64,000 nucleotides of DNA from Patellaria atrata CBS 101060. Lineage: Eukaryota. The notes below the pieces were generated by a model. The model had not been told where the DNA came from. It did not search any database and saw only the letters and a program-made list of their open reading frames with translations. Positions within the stretch are counted from its first letter, which is position 1, and every line of letters starts with the position of its first letter. The DNA lies in NCBI GenBank assembly GCA_010093705.1, contig MU006091.1:124001-188000 (forward strand). Reading direction: 5' to 3'. The translations under genes were made by a program, and so were the position numbers. Below are positions 1 to 11,548 of the stretch, in pieces.

Positions 1-1061
1 ATAAGGCTCAGAGAAATGACGAGGCCGATGAGCGCTAAGCTTGTCATATTGATTTAGGAGTCGATCATTTGGACTATCTTGTATGTATAGACTCCTTTGT
101 TTCCTTTCATAATAGCCAATTTTGCGGGTTTGGCGAAAAGCCGCAAAGGTGAAGAATCGATAACATTTATATTAAAATGAACCCATTCAATGGTCTTGAG
201 ACGCTCCAATTAGTTAGTCTTGAACATTGTCAGCGCGCGCGCGCACCCACCTGATACCGAGGTTTAAGGCGTGCAACAAGATACTGAACACCGACAAGGC
301 GGCAAAACATAAAAGACTTTTGTCGCTGAGTGTTGGCATTTGTCAAATTTCGGTAAGGTGCATACATGCAGGAGTGCCGAAGGTGTACGGTTGTGCAGGT
401 TCGCATATAGCCTACAGCCGGAAGATTATTTCGGATTGCAATACGTCGATTTTGGGGGTTATCGCCTTGAATTAAGAGCACGATAAGGGTTTGTGCTCTG
501 AGAAATACATCGACGCGGATTTGTGGAGCAAATAATGCCGTTCGTCCAAAGTGATTCGGGCCTCCGCGGCCATCATTGAAGAGAAAGGTGGCTTAGGAGA
601 GGTCGATAAAGTACCGACAGAGTTAGCAATATCGATATCAATAGGGTTCATATCGATCTTGTTTAAAGTACCTGTTCCAAAAATACGCAGCGATGCCGTG
701 GGCTTCCAAACCCCTGGTCGAAGAGCGTCCATCCTGACATCTTTTCGTTCCCAATTCTTCAGGTCTAGTAGGGTGCGGGTGGCGGAAGAGACCGAGCTCG
801 ATTGCGATCAGCAGAGGTGCATCATGTTCACAGGCTGAGGTGTAAGCGCGGTAGAGGAATACGAGTTTTGGACACCCCTTCAGACTGAAAGAGGAGAGGA
901 GCTCGGAATAGGGGGGTTCGATGGTGGTGGGATCACTGGAAAGCAAACCGAAGCTCAGGTTATAGTATATCGTCCTTCCCTTAAATTCACGAGGTACAAG
1001 TTATTTGAGAGTTGTTCGTTGAGGAAGAGTAATCTCATGTCATCTGGCGAAACCCCATCCA

Positions 1062-1096
1062 CCCCCCTCCCCCTCCCCCCCTCCCCCCCCGGGGGG
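1062..1096. repeat. C6-T-C5-T-C7-T-C8-G6 low-complexity tract
   Basis: Read directly from the sequence. Confidence 0.8.
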
Positions 1097-3121
1097 CCTG
1101 GTTTTCAAGGTATGTTAAGGTACTATCTGGATTGATGAGTCAACAGGATCAACACAATAAAGCTACCTCGTACTGAACTGTATTACACTGTATCTCATGC
1201 TTCAGGGTTCTATTGTAGATATTGTATGGGGGATGCTCAGGTGGAGGGGTATAAAGGACCTGAAGTTGGAATCGTCCCAAAGGAGGGCGGGAAACACAAT
1301 AATGGAAGTAAGGGAGGGGTAATCACAGTAAAGGTGTTGAGGTATCGCGGGGTTATCGGGATAGGCTTTTCCCCAATAGGAAGGAATCCATGCTTCGATC
1401 CGAAAGGCAACCTAACTTCAACCACAAGCCAACACACTGCATACAAACTCACAGTAGCTCTATCGTAATCTCTCTACCTCACTACCTCCATCAGAGCACC
1501 AGCCTCCGGTTCAAGCATTCTTTCCGAGCCTACATGAATGATCCTTTCGCGGAGATGATGAGGATCGCGGACCGCTCGCTTTTCGAGACGTGGACTTCTT
1601 CTACGGGATAAGAGTTAGGTCTCTCGTGCTATTCTTCGCCCGCTCAGCAGTCACCACTCGCACGACAGCAACGTCTCATCTCTCATTCAGCTTATGCGCG
1701 ATATTCTTTGCAGGAACGGTCATGCGTATGCTCCGATATTAAATTTCTCCAGCTACCAGGCAATAATAAGCCCAAATCTTCTCGTATCTGCAGTGTTCGC
1801 GTGAACTTCGCCCAACAAGCATTTTCTCTGACATCCTCACGCCGTCCCAAAGAAGCGCCAGGAAAGACAAGACTCTCTTACCCTTCTGCCACAATATATA
1901 CCGCTCGCTTCGATGTTAGTTCGCTAACTGAAGGAGCATTTCGATAGCGTGAAAACAGACTGCCGGTGTTGCTTTCATTTATCCATATTAATCTTCGTCA
2001 GTTGTAACTCTTTCCACATGCGAAAGATCGGCGTGGCTGTCGCTAAACCATAAGTCGTCTTACCAGTAGCCAGTTTCGTGGCCAGGCCAAGCATTTCTTC
2101 CCAAGCTTTATGGCGTCTCGTGGACGGGAGCAAACAAAAGGTCGACGATGAGCCGATATCCTATTGTTCTTAGGGCTTTTCGGAGCGGATCGTCTTTGGC
2201 ACTCATGCGTGAACAACGGAATCTGAACATCATCGCTTTTCTAGGAGGAACCTAAGTGCTGACCGCCTGTAGTATTACATTTGTGGGACGTTCAGAGCAT
2301 GCGGTCAACGTGTAGCCCCATCTTGCTTATTCGTCAAAGAAAATCTCCTATCCAATCAGGACCAAGACGATTCACCCCGCGTCAGGGTCAAATCTGACAG
2401 CTTGGAGATCCGGCGGCACGCAGTTTCCCTGCCTCAGCCTCGGACTCATGGCGTCTATCGACCTCCGATATTTTTAGGGAACCAGTGTCGAAACCCATGC
2501 AAGCAGTATCCCTTGCAATCTGACTAGACATGGGATCTCGTGGACAAAGTTGTACGCGGCTCTGGATCTGTTAGACGGCAAACTATGCCGAGAGCTGCAA
2601 GGTAGAGCACGAGGGAGCTGTCGTATTCTCAGAGTGACAGTCATGTAGGTTTGCAGATTTCTCTCCACCTTCTAGTTCAATCGCTTGAGGTAACTCTTAA
2701 AGGATATGACAGCCGTCTTCTCGTTCTTCTACCCAATCAGCAATTACTCTAATCCACAGCAACACTTATTCTGATCGCTGTTCAAGTTGGCTAAATGTCA
2801 TGCCACCCTCTAGTACAACATTTCATGAAAGAGACGATAGATACTTGTCTGTCCCCTTTTTCCTGCATTTCATTTGAGTATTTACTATTTATATAGCCTC
2901 GAGAATGATGAACAAGGTGATATCTGGCCATCCATCTTCTTAGTCTCTCGTTAGAGTTCAATATCCCAAATATTGTCTTAATATACGCTACTCACTGTAG
3001 CTGCCTCTCTTTTACCTGATTTGATTGGGTATACTCTATCCCGAAAGAGTACCCTTCAGCTCATAAAAACGAAATATCTTTCCCCTTATCTCAATCATTA
3101 CTTCACTACTCTCGCTCAACA

Positions 3122-5641
3122 ATGTCTTATCTCATTCGAGTTCTTGCTATTTGCTTGGCAGTACGTCTAAGCTCGGTTGATGCTTGGGAGCACGGTGCCG
3201 GCCCGGCACCGAATAACGGTGCAGCACGCCAATTTATCGTTTTCGATCCAACAGTGGCTGGTAACCCTGCTGTGGCTCAGGCTGTACCCCTTGATCGTAC
3301 AGGATGGACTGCTACTGCTGATAGCTCGCAATCTGGCAACGCCGCGAGCAGCGTACTCGATGGTGATACAGGTACTATCTGGCACACGGCTTATGATCCA
3401 ACCGTGGCACAACTTCCACACAACATTGTTATCGACATGAAAGCCGCAAAATGGATCAACGGCGTTACAATCATGCCTCGCCAGGATGGCAACAACGGGA
3501 ATATCGGACAACATACCATTGAAGTCAGTCAGGACGGCACGAACTGGGGATCCCCTGTGGCTACGGGTACTTATCTAAATGACAAGAGTTTGAAAACTAC
3601 CATCTTCGGAAACAGACTAGCGCGGTATGTACGTATTACTGCTAGGACCGAAGCTCAGAGTGATGCGAACCAATGGACAAGTGCAGCCGAAATCAACATC
3701 CTCGCCGGTCCTGATCCGATCCTTCCACGTGACGGATGGACAGCTACAGTCGATAGCGCTCAGGACACCGCACATAATGCTGCCGCGGCTCTTGATGGTG
3801 ATTCATTCACTATCTGGCATTCGAAGTATACCCCTTCTATCGACCCCTTACCACACACTTTCACGATCGATCTTAAATCAGCGAAGAGTGTATCCGGTCT
3901 AAGTTATCTACCGCGCCCACCTCTCAGTGGAAACGAATCCGGTGTGAATGGCCGTATTGGAAAGTACCAAGTATCAAGCAGTACCGACGGCTCGACTTTC
4001 ACTCAAGTGGCCAGTGGAACTTGGCCGGACAATGAGCTGGCCAAGACAGTGACTTTCTCCCCAAAGTCAGCCCGTTACTGGCGTCTGACGGCTCTTAGTG
4101 AGGCCGGCAACCGTGGAGGCTTCACCAGTGCGGCTGAGATCAACTTGCACGATGGTAGCCGGTCAGCTTATACCCCTCCTCCTCCCGCGGAAGCTGGGCA
4201 ATGGAGCGGTACGATTGATTTCCCTATTGTCCCTGCTGCAGCTGCTGTCGTTCCACGCACAGGAAAAGTACTTGCCTGGTCTGCTTGGGCAGCTACACAG
4301 TTTGGTGGCAGCCCGGGTGGATATACCCTTACAGCAACTTACGATCCGGCCACCGGTGTAGTTTCCCAGCGAAGAGTAAGCAACACGGCCCACGATATGT
4401 TTTGTCCCGGAATCTCGATGGACTTCAATGGGCGACCGGTTGTCACTGGTGGCAACGACGCGGCAAAGACTTCAATCTACGACCCCATTGCAGATACATG
4501 GACTTCAGGTTCGAATATGAAGATTAGCCGGGGATATCAGTCGTCGACGACTCTCTCTGATGGTCGTATCTTCACCATCGGTGGCAGTTGGTCTGGAGGA
4601 AACGGTGGGAAGAACGGCGAAGTGTACAATCCTTCGAGCAATACTTGGACCCTACTTCGTAGTGCGACTGTTGCGAATATGCTCACAAAGGACAGAGGAG
4701 GTGTTTATCGCGCGGATAACCATGCCTGGCTCTTCGGTTGGAAGAATGGTTTCGTATTCCAAGCCGGACCAAGCATCAACATGAATTGGTATGGAACTTC
4801 CGGCTCCGGCAGTGTAAAATTGAGTGGTCCTCGTGCTTCTGACGTTGACGCTATGAACGGCAATGCTGTCATGTACGATGCTGTTGCCGGTAAAATTCTC
4901 ACAATGGGCGGCGGCCAACACTACCAAGCCGCTCCCGGCATACCAAACACTCACGTCATCACCATCAACAATCCCAACGCATCAGCGACAGTGACCAAAG
5001 TGGCGAACATGGCCTACGCCCGCGCTTTCGGAAACGCCGTCGTCCTACCCGACGGCAAAGTCTTCGTCTCCGGCGGTCAAGGTTGGGCCGAACCCTTCAC
5101 CGACAACACCGCCGTCTACTACCCAGAGCTCTGGGACCCGGCAACCCAAACCTGGACAGTCATGGCGCCTAATGCAGTCCCCAGGACGTACCACTCGATC
5201 GGCCTCCTCCTCAACGACGCCACTGTCCTAATCGGCGGCGGCGGCCTCTGCGGAAACTGCCCCACGAACCACTTTGACGCCGAGATCTGGTCGCCACCCT
5301 ACCTCTTCAACGCGGACGGCTCCCGCGCCACACGGCCGCGCATCACTGCCGTCACGCCGACTACGAGCGGGAACGCCGAGGTCGCAGTCGGTGGTACGCT
5401 TACCGTTAGGACGGATTCGGCGGTTAGTAAGTTCAGCCTTGTCCGGATGGGTAGCGCGACGCATACGGTCAATACAGATCATAGACGCGTGCCGTTGACT
5501 GGCACGAGGACGACGACGAATCAGTACTCTGTTAAGTTGCCGACGGATGCGGGGGTCTTGTTGCCCGGGTATTGGATGCTATTTGTCATGAACGATCGGG
5601 GGACGCCGAGTTTGGGGTTTACGGTTAAGGTTAAGTTGTGA
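3122..5641 (+). CDS. gaoA: Secreted galactose oxidase (copper radical oxidase, AA5_2) with two N-terminal F5/8 type C (CBM32) domains, Kelch propeller and C-terminal Ig-like domain
   Basis: 839-aa intronless ORF with signal peptide; two repeats of the PLDRTGWTATADS...DGDTGTIWH...PH.....D module; catalytic motifs HDMFCPG (Cys), RGYQSS (Tyr), GGSWSG (Trp), RTYHS (Tyr-His), ATHTVN (His). Confidence 0.93.
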   Translation: MSYLIRVLAICLAVRLSSVDAWEHGAGPAPNNGAARQFIVFDPTVAGNPAVAQAVPLDRTGWTATADSSQSGNAASSVLDGDTGTIWHTAYDPTVAQLPHNIVIDMKAAKWINGVTIMPRQDGNNGNIGQHTIEVSQDGTNWGSPVATGTYLNDKSLKTTIFGNRLARYVRITARTEAQSDANQWTSAAEINILAGPDPILPRDGWTATVDSAQDTAHNAAAALDGDSFTIWHSKYTPSIDPLPHTFTIDLKSAKSVSGLSYLPRPPLSGNESGVNGRIGKYQVSSSTDGSTFTQVASGTWPDNELAKTVTFSPKSARYWRLTALSEAGNRGGFTSAAEINLHDGSRSAYTPPPPAEAGQWSGTIDFPIVPAAAAVVPRTGKVLAWSAWAATQFGGSPGGYTLTATYDPATGVVSQRRVSNTAHDMFCPGISMDFNGRPVVTGGNDAAKTSIYDPIADTWTSGSNMKISRGYQSSTTLSDGRIFTIGGSWSGGNGGKNGEVYNPSSNTWTLLRSATVANMLTKDRGGVYRADNHAWLFGWKNGFVFQAGPSINMNWYGTSGSGSVKLSGPRASDVDAMNGNAVMYDAVAGKILTMGGGQHYQAAPGIPNTHVITINNPNASATVTKVANMAYARAFGNAVVLPDGKVFVSGGQGWAEPFTDNTAVYYPELWDPATQTWTVMAPNAVPRTYHSIGLLLNDATVLIGGGGLCGNCPTNHFDAEIWSPPYLFNADGSRATRPRITAVTPTTSGNAEVAVGGTLTVRTDSAVSKFSLVRMGSATHTVNTDHRRVPLTGTRTTTNQYSVKLPTDAGVLLPGYWMLFVMNDRGTPSLGFTVKVKL

Positions 5642-6520
5642 GGAGGGGTTTAGGGGGGAGAAAAGAAAGGGAGGGAAAGGGAAGGGATTGGGAGGCGTCA
5701 TGGAGAAGTATGAGGTGATGAATTGGAATGGTTATTTTGCATCTGGGTTTTATGGATGGGGTATTGACTTGGCTTTGGTTCCTTGTTTTACTGACTAACT
5801 CAACATCTTTTGTGCTCTTTTGTTTTTTTTTTTCTTGTACTGTATTATATAATACCATCCCATTTCCTTGTCAGATGATTGCTGTACTTATTTGTGGACT
5901 TCGCCTCGTCTGACGCTCCTCATTCGTGCACGCGATGAGCTTTGAGTCTCTCGTCTGATACTGACTGGGTGGCGACAGCGTAGGGAGGATCTGTGATTTG
6001 GATCTGCGTCTGCAGTTGCTGTTGATCTCTCATTGCCCATATATTTACTCTTATACAGTACTATACGCTTACGTTCAGAGTCCACACCCGGTACGAAAAC
6101 TTCCGACTTGCGTCTTTGTCTAGTGTAAGTGCGCTGTACAGCAGGTCAGAAACGTGACTGACAGGCGTCGAGGGAAGGGGATGCTTGGTATTGTACGTGT
6201 GAGTGCAAAGTGTACGTACAAAGTTCTGGGGCTAGGCCTTCTGGCCGACCGTACGGGGATTTTGTCTGTACGGTACATATCATGGCGGGCCAAAGCTGAT
6301 CGATATGTATACCGCAACATTCACAAGCGAGGAAAGGTGGATGCGGGCAAGAAGGATGGAAAAGCTAGGAACATAGCACTACTATAAGGGAAGGAGTAGA
6401 TAGATTCATTTCCATCCTATCGCTATGTAAAATTTTACTTTTCTGCTTTTCGCTTTTAAAACATCCCTTCATCTACTCATGATCTACGTGATGCTTGATA
6501 AAAGCAGTATTTGGCCCGCT

Positions 6521-8481
6521 CTATCTCGCCGCCTTTCCCGTGGGGATGAGGAACAACACCGCGGGCTGCCCATGCGCAAACGCCCTATCAACTCTAAAAT
6601 ACCCCTTTCGGTCGAACTGAATGACATCGTCCACCCTCAAGCTGGCGACATTGCAATCCGCGGTAGCCTTCGTCCTAACCTCCGTTTTGGGGTTGATGAA
6701 ATGCTCCCAATTGTCGTCCTCCTCGAGCTTATCCTTCGTGATGAGGTAGTCGAAATCGACGAGCTCGACGGGAACGAGTTCCTGCTCGGAGGAGAGCCAG
6801 GTGATCTTCTTCTTCGTCTTCTTGAAATCGCCCTGGAGGTGGAGTTCGAGTTCGACGCCCGTGACGGTTTTGAGGGAGAGCGGGTTGAGCGAGTGCGAGA
6901 CCTTGCGCACGATGGCGTTGCCCCAGTTCATGAGGGTGATTTCTTCGTCCTGGACGAAACTTCGGGCGTCGGCTTGCTCGATGATGATGTTGCCACTGAA
7001 GACGACCTTCTTAGTCCCGAGGTCCGTGTATTTGGCGTGTTTTGCCCTTTCTTCCGTGTAAGGCGCCGCTCGTGCGCCGACGACTGTGACTGGGACTTTG
7101 TGATCGTCCTCGATTGCGGTGTAACGGGCGGCGATGGGGTCGATGAACTTCTTGTTCGTCGCCCAGAACGAGGACCAGTCTAGGTTGACAATGTTCTTGC
7201 TGGGACCTTGCTTTAGGATGAACTCTTGGAGAGCTGGGATGGTCATTCCTCGGCGACGTATACCGCGGACTGTGGGCATACGAGGGTCGTCCCAGCCCCA
7301 AACCACACCAGTTTCGACGAATTTGGTAAGCTTGCGTTTCGATAAGAGTGTGCGAATGAAATTCATGCGCGAGAAATCCCAGTTGTATATGTTTCGCAAC
7401 TTTAAGACTTTTAACATCCATTGATACTGTGCGTCTCGGTCTTTATATTCGGTGGTACGGAGAGCATGAGTTACACCTTCGAGAGCATCGACTATCGGGC
7501 AACAGAAATCGTACGTCGGGTAAATCTTCCACTTATCTCCGGTCCGGTGATGGGGTTGAGGGGAGCAACGGTAGATAACAGGATCACGCATAGCTTTGTT
7601 TGGGTTGTCAACGGAGATCTTTGCGCGAATGAACCATTTAGTGCCTTCCGGTGTGCCAGCTTTCATCTCATCGAAGTGTGCAAGGTTCTCCTCGACACTA
7701 TTATCTCGACATTTGCTGGGGAGGCCGTCCATACGCTCCTTTCGCATGACTTCCTGAAGCGTATTATCCGCGTAAGCATTGCCTTCCTTGATCATTTGGA
7801 CGCAATAGTCATATAGTTCTTGGAAGTAATCGCTTGTATGGGTGGTTGTGTCCGGTTTGATCCCCATGAGGGCGAGATCTTCTATAATCGAGTCTTGAAA
7901 CTCTTGCTTTTCTTTAAGGGGGTTAGTATCGTCGAATCGTAGAATGAGAGTTCCTTTATATTTCTTGTGTGCAAAGAAGTCGTTGAGCAGCGCTGCTTTA
8001 GCATGTCCAATATGAAGATATCCCCTACCATAAGTTAGACATTTCAAACATTGGTAGACCTTTAAACTCACGAAGGCTCTGGAGGGAACCGAGTAACAAC
8101 GCCGTGCTCGACATCCTGCAGCCCAATCTCATAACTTGCACCATCATCCTTCGCCTCTTCTTGAGTGGTTTTGGCGGTCTTAGCTGGCCGTTGAGGTAGT
8201 TCGGTCTTCTGTGGATAGGCCTCCTCGATATATTTGAACCATCTGGATAGGTTTACCATCAGGTTCTGCTTGACGTATGCATGTGCGACCCTATTTTCCC
8301 TCAAAGTCTTCCATACTGTAGTATCCGCATCCGTCAGACCGTATCCGACAATGTATGACCGCAATGTAAGATGCGCATCTAGTTCGGCGAGCATAGGTTC
8401 AATTGCTTTGAGATTCAGTGCCGTCATTTTGGTAGCACGCTCTTGCCAATCCTTTATCCGCTCATCCTTTGAGGAAGCCAT
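6521..8481 (-). CDS. GUS1: Cytosolic glutamyl-tRNA synthetase; 2 exons, intron 8025-8071
   Basis: VVTRFPPEPS joined to GYLHIGHAKA (HIGH motif) across a GTGAGT..TAG intron; RFDDTNP, THALRTTEY, LSKRKL, WDDPRMPT; short N-terminal GST-C-like region. Confidence 0.95.
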
Positions 8482-8775
8482 GATTAGATGATTGATCCGT
8501 CCGGGTAGAGATTTTTGTTCCTTAGTTCAGTATCGCCGGGGAGTGAGATATCGAAAAGTGAGTTGTTTACAAATTTACGAAGAGTACTGAAGTGGGCTGG
8601 CGGGGAGTCAGACTGGTCGGTACTACACCCCTGCACGCTCCGACGCGCATTGATCCTCCATACTTTTGTGTGTGAGCAGTGCTCTCGTCAATACGGAGTC
8701 CTATTGGAATTTTTTCTGTATCTACGTAGAAGCTTCACATCTCCTTTTATTCAATCGATCTCTAATTCCATCACA

Positions 8776-9800
8776 ATGGCCTCCGCGACGGCTTGTGTCG
8801 CTAAACTAAATCGAAATGCTATCTCCTCAGCGTTGAGGCCGAACTCCCATCCCAAGGCCATACTCCTATCTTCACAGCACACAAGACAGGCGTCAAGCGA
8901 CCAAGCGTCAAAGTATAAACGAAAAAATCAAGCTTCGCAAAAGAAGAAAAAGTCAAGATCGACTTTCGTCACATATAATCTCAAAGATGCAGAACAATTC
9001 TCCCTCTGCGACGCGATGAGGTAGGACTCGCCCAAACCCACCGTTCTGCTTCCCCGGCCGTTTACAATACTGATGAATATCTACAGGTATATCCGCGCGT
9101 TTGAAGTAGGGTATCCACCCACATCCCCGAAGTACGAAATGCATATCAAATTGCGAACATTGAAAAACGGTCCAGCAGTTCGCAATCGACTACAGCTCCC
9201 TCACCCGGTGAAAACTGACCTACGTATATGCGTTATCTGCCCTCCAGATTCCTCCGCTGCCGATGATGCTAGCCAAGCTGGTGCATATCTCATTGGAGAG
9301 GAGGACGTTTTCGCTGCCGTTAAAGAAGGCAATATCGATTTCGATAGATGCATCTGCCATGTCGATAGTTTACAGAAGTTGAATAAGGCTGGATTAGGAA
9401 AAATTCTTGGGCCTAGGGGTTTGCTACCTAGCATGAAAACTGGCACGGTGGTTAAGAATGTAGCGCACACAGTAAGGAGCTTAGTTGGGGCAAGCGAATA
9501 CAGAGAAAGGATGGGAGTGATTAGGATGGCTGTTGGGCAGTTGGGATTTTCATCAGAGGAGATGCAGAAAAATATTCGAGCGTTTGTGGAAGAGGTGAAA
9601 AAAGATATTAACCTCTTGAGTGATAAGATTACAAAGGACATTCACGAGGTGGTGAGTCGGCATATATTCAATTACCCTATGGATTTGCTTGATATGCTAA
9701 TTGTCCGCAGGTTCTGAGCTCAACACACTCACCCGGGTTCAGTCTCAGCGGCGAATTTAAGGCTCCGGAGTCTGTACTGACAAAGAACTTCGCGTCTTAG
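8776..9800 (+). CDS. MRPL1: Mitochondrial ribosomal protein L1 (uL1m); introns 9021-9086 and 9652-9710
   Basis: Basic presequence; FSLCDAMR/YIRAFEVG, LPHPVK, LGKILGPRGLLPS, VVLSSTHSPGF after splicing; divergent from GluRS. Confidence 0.88.
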
Positions 9801-9946
9801 TTTTGGCAGATGCTATTGCTAGGTATTGTAAATTAAAATGTATCATTGCCTTTGATATCCTTAGAAACCTCATTCTGCTGCGTTTCATCTAGGATACGTC
9901 GTGCTAGACTGGGTGCTGTATGGATGATTCTGCCTTGCTATATCCC

Positions 9947-10897
9947 TCAATCTCCTCTTGAGTCTTGTATAACTTTGAGTGCTTCCCTTTCTTCTCCCAT
10001 ATCGCCGTAAAGCCCTAATATCGTAATACAGCGACCTTTTCCCTTCTCCCCCTGCTGCTTAGCTTGTTTCAACGCTGTCGCGAGGTCTAAGAGAATAGTG
10101 TTTCTGATCCTAGTAACCCGGTGTTGTTGCGCTACGATGAATGGATGTTCCTGGCCAGTCTGTAATATTTGGTGCAAAATATACGTGTAGTCTTGCACAT
10201 GCTTTCGAAGTTTATGGGTGGGAACATATGTAGATTCTAGCTCATCCTCATTCTCATATTCATCGTCCTCATCGTCCTCATCCTCGTCTTCATCCTCTGT
10301 GCTCTCGGGTATAACGTTTGCGTCACTGTCTGATGGCTCCACATGCTTATTACCTACCGACTCCAGCATCAGCCTGCCCTCTAACTCCCCTATTCGAGCT
10401 TCAGTCTTCAGTAATTCCCACGCCATAATTCTACGCTTCCTAATCTCTTCCCTGCGCCGGAATAGCTCATCGGCCTCTACTTTCCTCTGCACTACCACTC
10501 TCCTCACATCCTCAACAGACTTGCCGAAACCCATCAACCCTACCCGGACACCCTCCACCTTCTCCTCGCCGCCCTTCAAGCTTCCCCCTAGACCCAAGAA
10601 GTCCTGGTAATTTGAGTTCACCAGGTCTAGGAGTTCGCGGTTGAGCAGCTGGGTGCGGGAGCGTAGCTCGGCCCGCAGATCCTCGAGTGTTTGGTGGCGG
10701 TTTCGTAGGCTGGAAAGATAGATCGAGGGGGAGAAATCCGGCGCGACAAAGGCGGAGCGCGGAAGAGGAGTTGGGAAGGGAAGGGTGCATTCGTCATCCT
10801 CGGATGAGGAGTGGGAGGAGGTCGAGGTGGAGGAGGAGGAGCGGCGGGCAGTACTGTGCGAGGTCGCCTCCAAACCTATGGAGAACTTTGCGGACAT
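9947..10897 (-). CDS. COG2: Conserved oligomeric Golgi complex subunit 2-like protein
   Basis: LPFP.PL.RSAF..PDFSP..YLSSLRNRHQTLEDLRAELR...ELLDLVNSNYQDFLGLG motif typical of the fungal COG2 N-terminus. Confidence 0.85.
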   Translation of the reverse strand: MSAKFSIGLEATSHSTARRSSSSTSTSSHSSSEDDECTLPFPTPLPRSAFVAPDFSPSIYLSSLRNRHQTLEDLRAELRSRTQLLNRELLDLVNSNYQDFLGLGGSLKGGEEKVEGVRVGLMGFGKSVEDVRRVVVQRKVEADELFRRREEIRKRRIMAWELLKTEARIGELEGRLMLESVGNKHVEPSDSDANVIPESTEDEDEDEDDEDDEYENEDELESTYVPTHKLRKHVQDYTYILHQILQTGQEHPFIVAQQHRVTRIRNTILLDLATALKQAKQQGEKGKGRCITILGLYGDMGEEREALKVIQDSRGD

Positions 10898-11053
10898 TTA
10901 TTGATTGGAAGATTCTGGTGTGCTTAGTACGCTTCAAGTTTGCATCCGTAGGACTTGGGCATGGAAACTCCTGAGGACGATTGTAATGCTGGAATTTCCT
11001 ATTTCATGGTGATACCTCCATACATCCACGACATCCAAATGGGTGAGGTGCGG

Positions 11054-11066
11054 CAGTGTGGCCAAC
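11054..11066 (+). repeat. Left terminal inverted repeat of the hAT element (preceded by TSD AGGTGCGG at 11046-11053)
   Basis: CAGTGTGGCCAAC, perfect inverted match to 14491-14503. Confidence 0.96.
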
Positions 11067-11320
11067 GATCCGTATCGATAAGGTATTAGTATTCTCGGTA
11101 TTTCATCGGTATTGTATCGAATATCATAATACCTTAACAATACCCTTGGCATTTTAAGATTTGTTTATATTCTTTAGAATTCAACTAAAATATTATCGTT
11201 TTCTTAGAAATTTAATTAAAATAAAGATACTCTTCGTACGAAGGGATTGTATAGCTATGAACAACATCTATAGCTGTTCTAAGATAGAAGGCACGAGGGC
11301 GTGCCTACGTGCCTGCCTGT

Positions 11321-11401
11321 CCACCTGTCTACTGGCCCACCTGTCTACTGGCCCACCTGTCTACTGGCCCACCTGTCTACTGGCCCACCTGCCTACCTGC
11401 C
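11321..11401 (+). repeat. 16-bp tandem repeat (CCACCTGTCTACTGGC)x4 plus a degenerate partial copy, inside the transposon upstream of the cargo gene
   Basis: Perfect units start at 11321, 11337, 11353 and 11369; CCACCTGCCTACCTGCC follows. Confidence 0.95.
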
Positions 11402-11548
11402 AGTTTGTACAAAATAGATCTTCTTTTGAATTTCTCAATTTCTCTTCTTCTCTTCTCTTCTTCTCTCCTTCTCAATCTTTGATTTTAGTAACTCAAAGTG
11501 TAAGTACTCAGCTTAAACCTATCGTACGAAGGCTAATAATACTATAGT

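Noticed and set aside
227..960. Overlapping 80-100 aa ORFs at the window start
   Set aside because: No recognisable motif or consistent splice model; may be a gene remnant but I cannot support a call
6090..6280. Local cluster of GTAC/TGTACG words between the galactose oxidase and GluRS 3' ends
   Set aside because: Only one perfect CGTACG, no TIR or TSD; TGTA-rich words are common in fungal 3' regions
6479..7816. Long plus-strand ORFs (234, 131 aa) and similar antisense ORFs over comA, MRPL1, COG2 and the large gene
   Set aside because: Antisense shadows of real, codon-biased genes
11321..11401. Tandem 16-bp repeats or the spaced CGTACG motif as a CRISPR-like array
   Set aside because: The tandem units have no spacers; the dispersed motif is only 6-8 bp and lies inside ORFs; no cas genes; eukaryotic context
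11161..11547. 128-aa ORF at the left end of the transposon
   Set aside because: Starts at TTG and is kept open by the minisatellite and CT tract; no protein-like features
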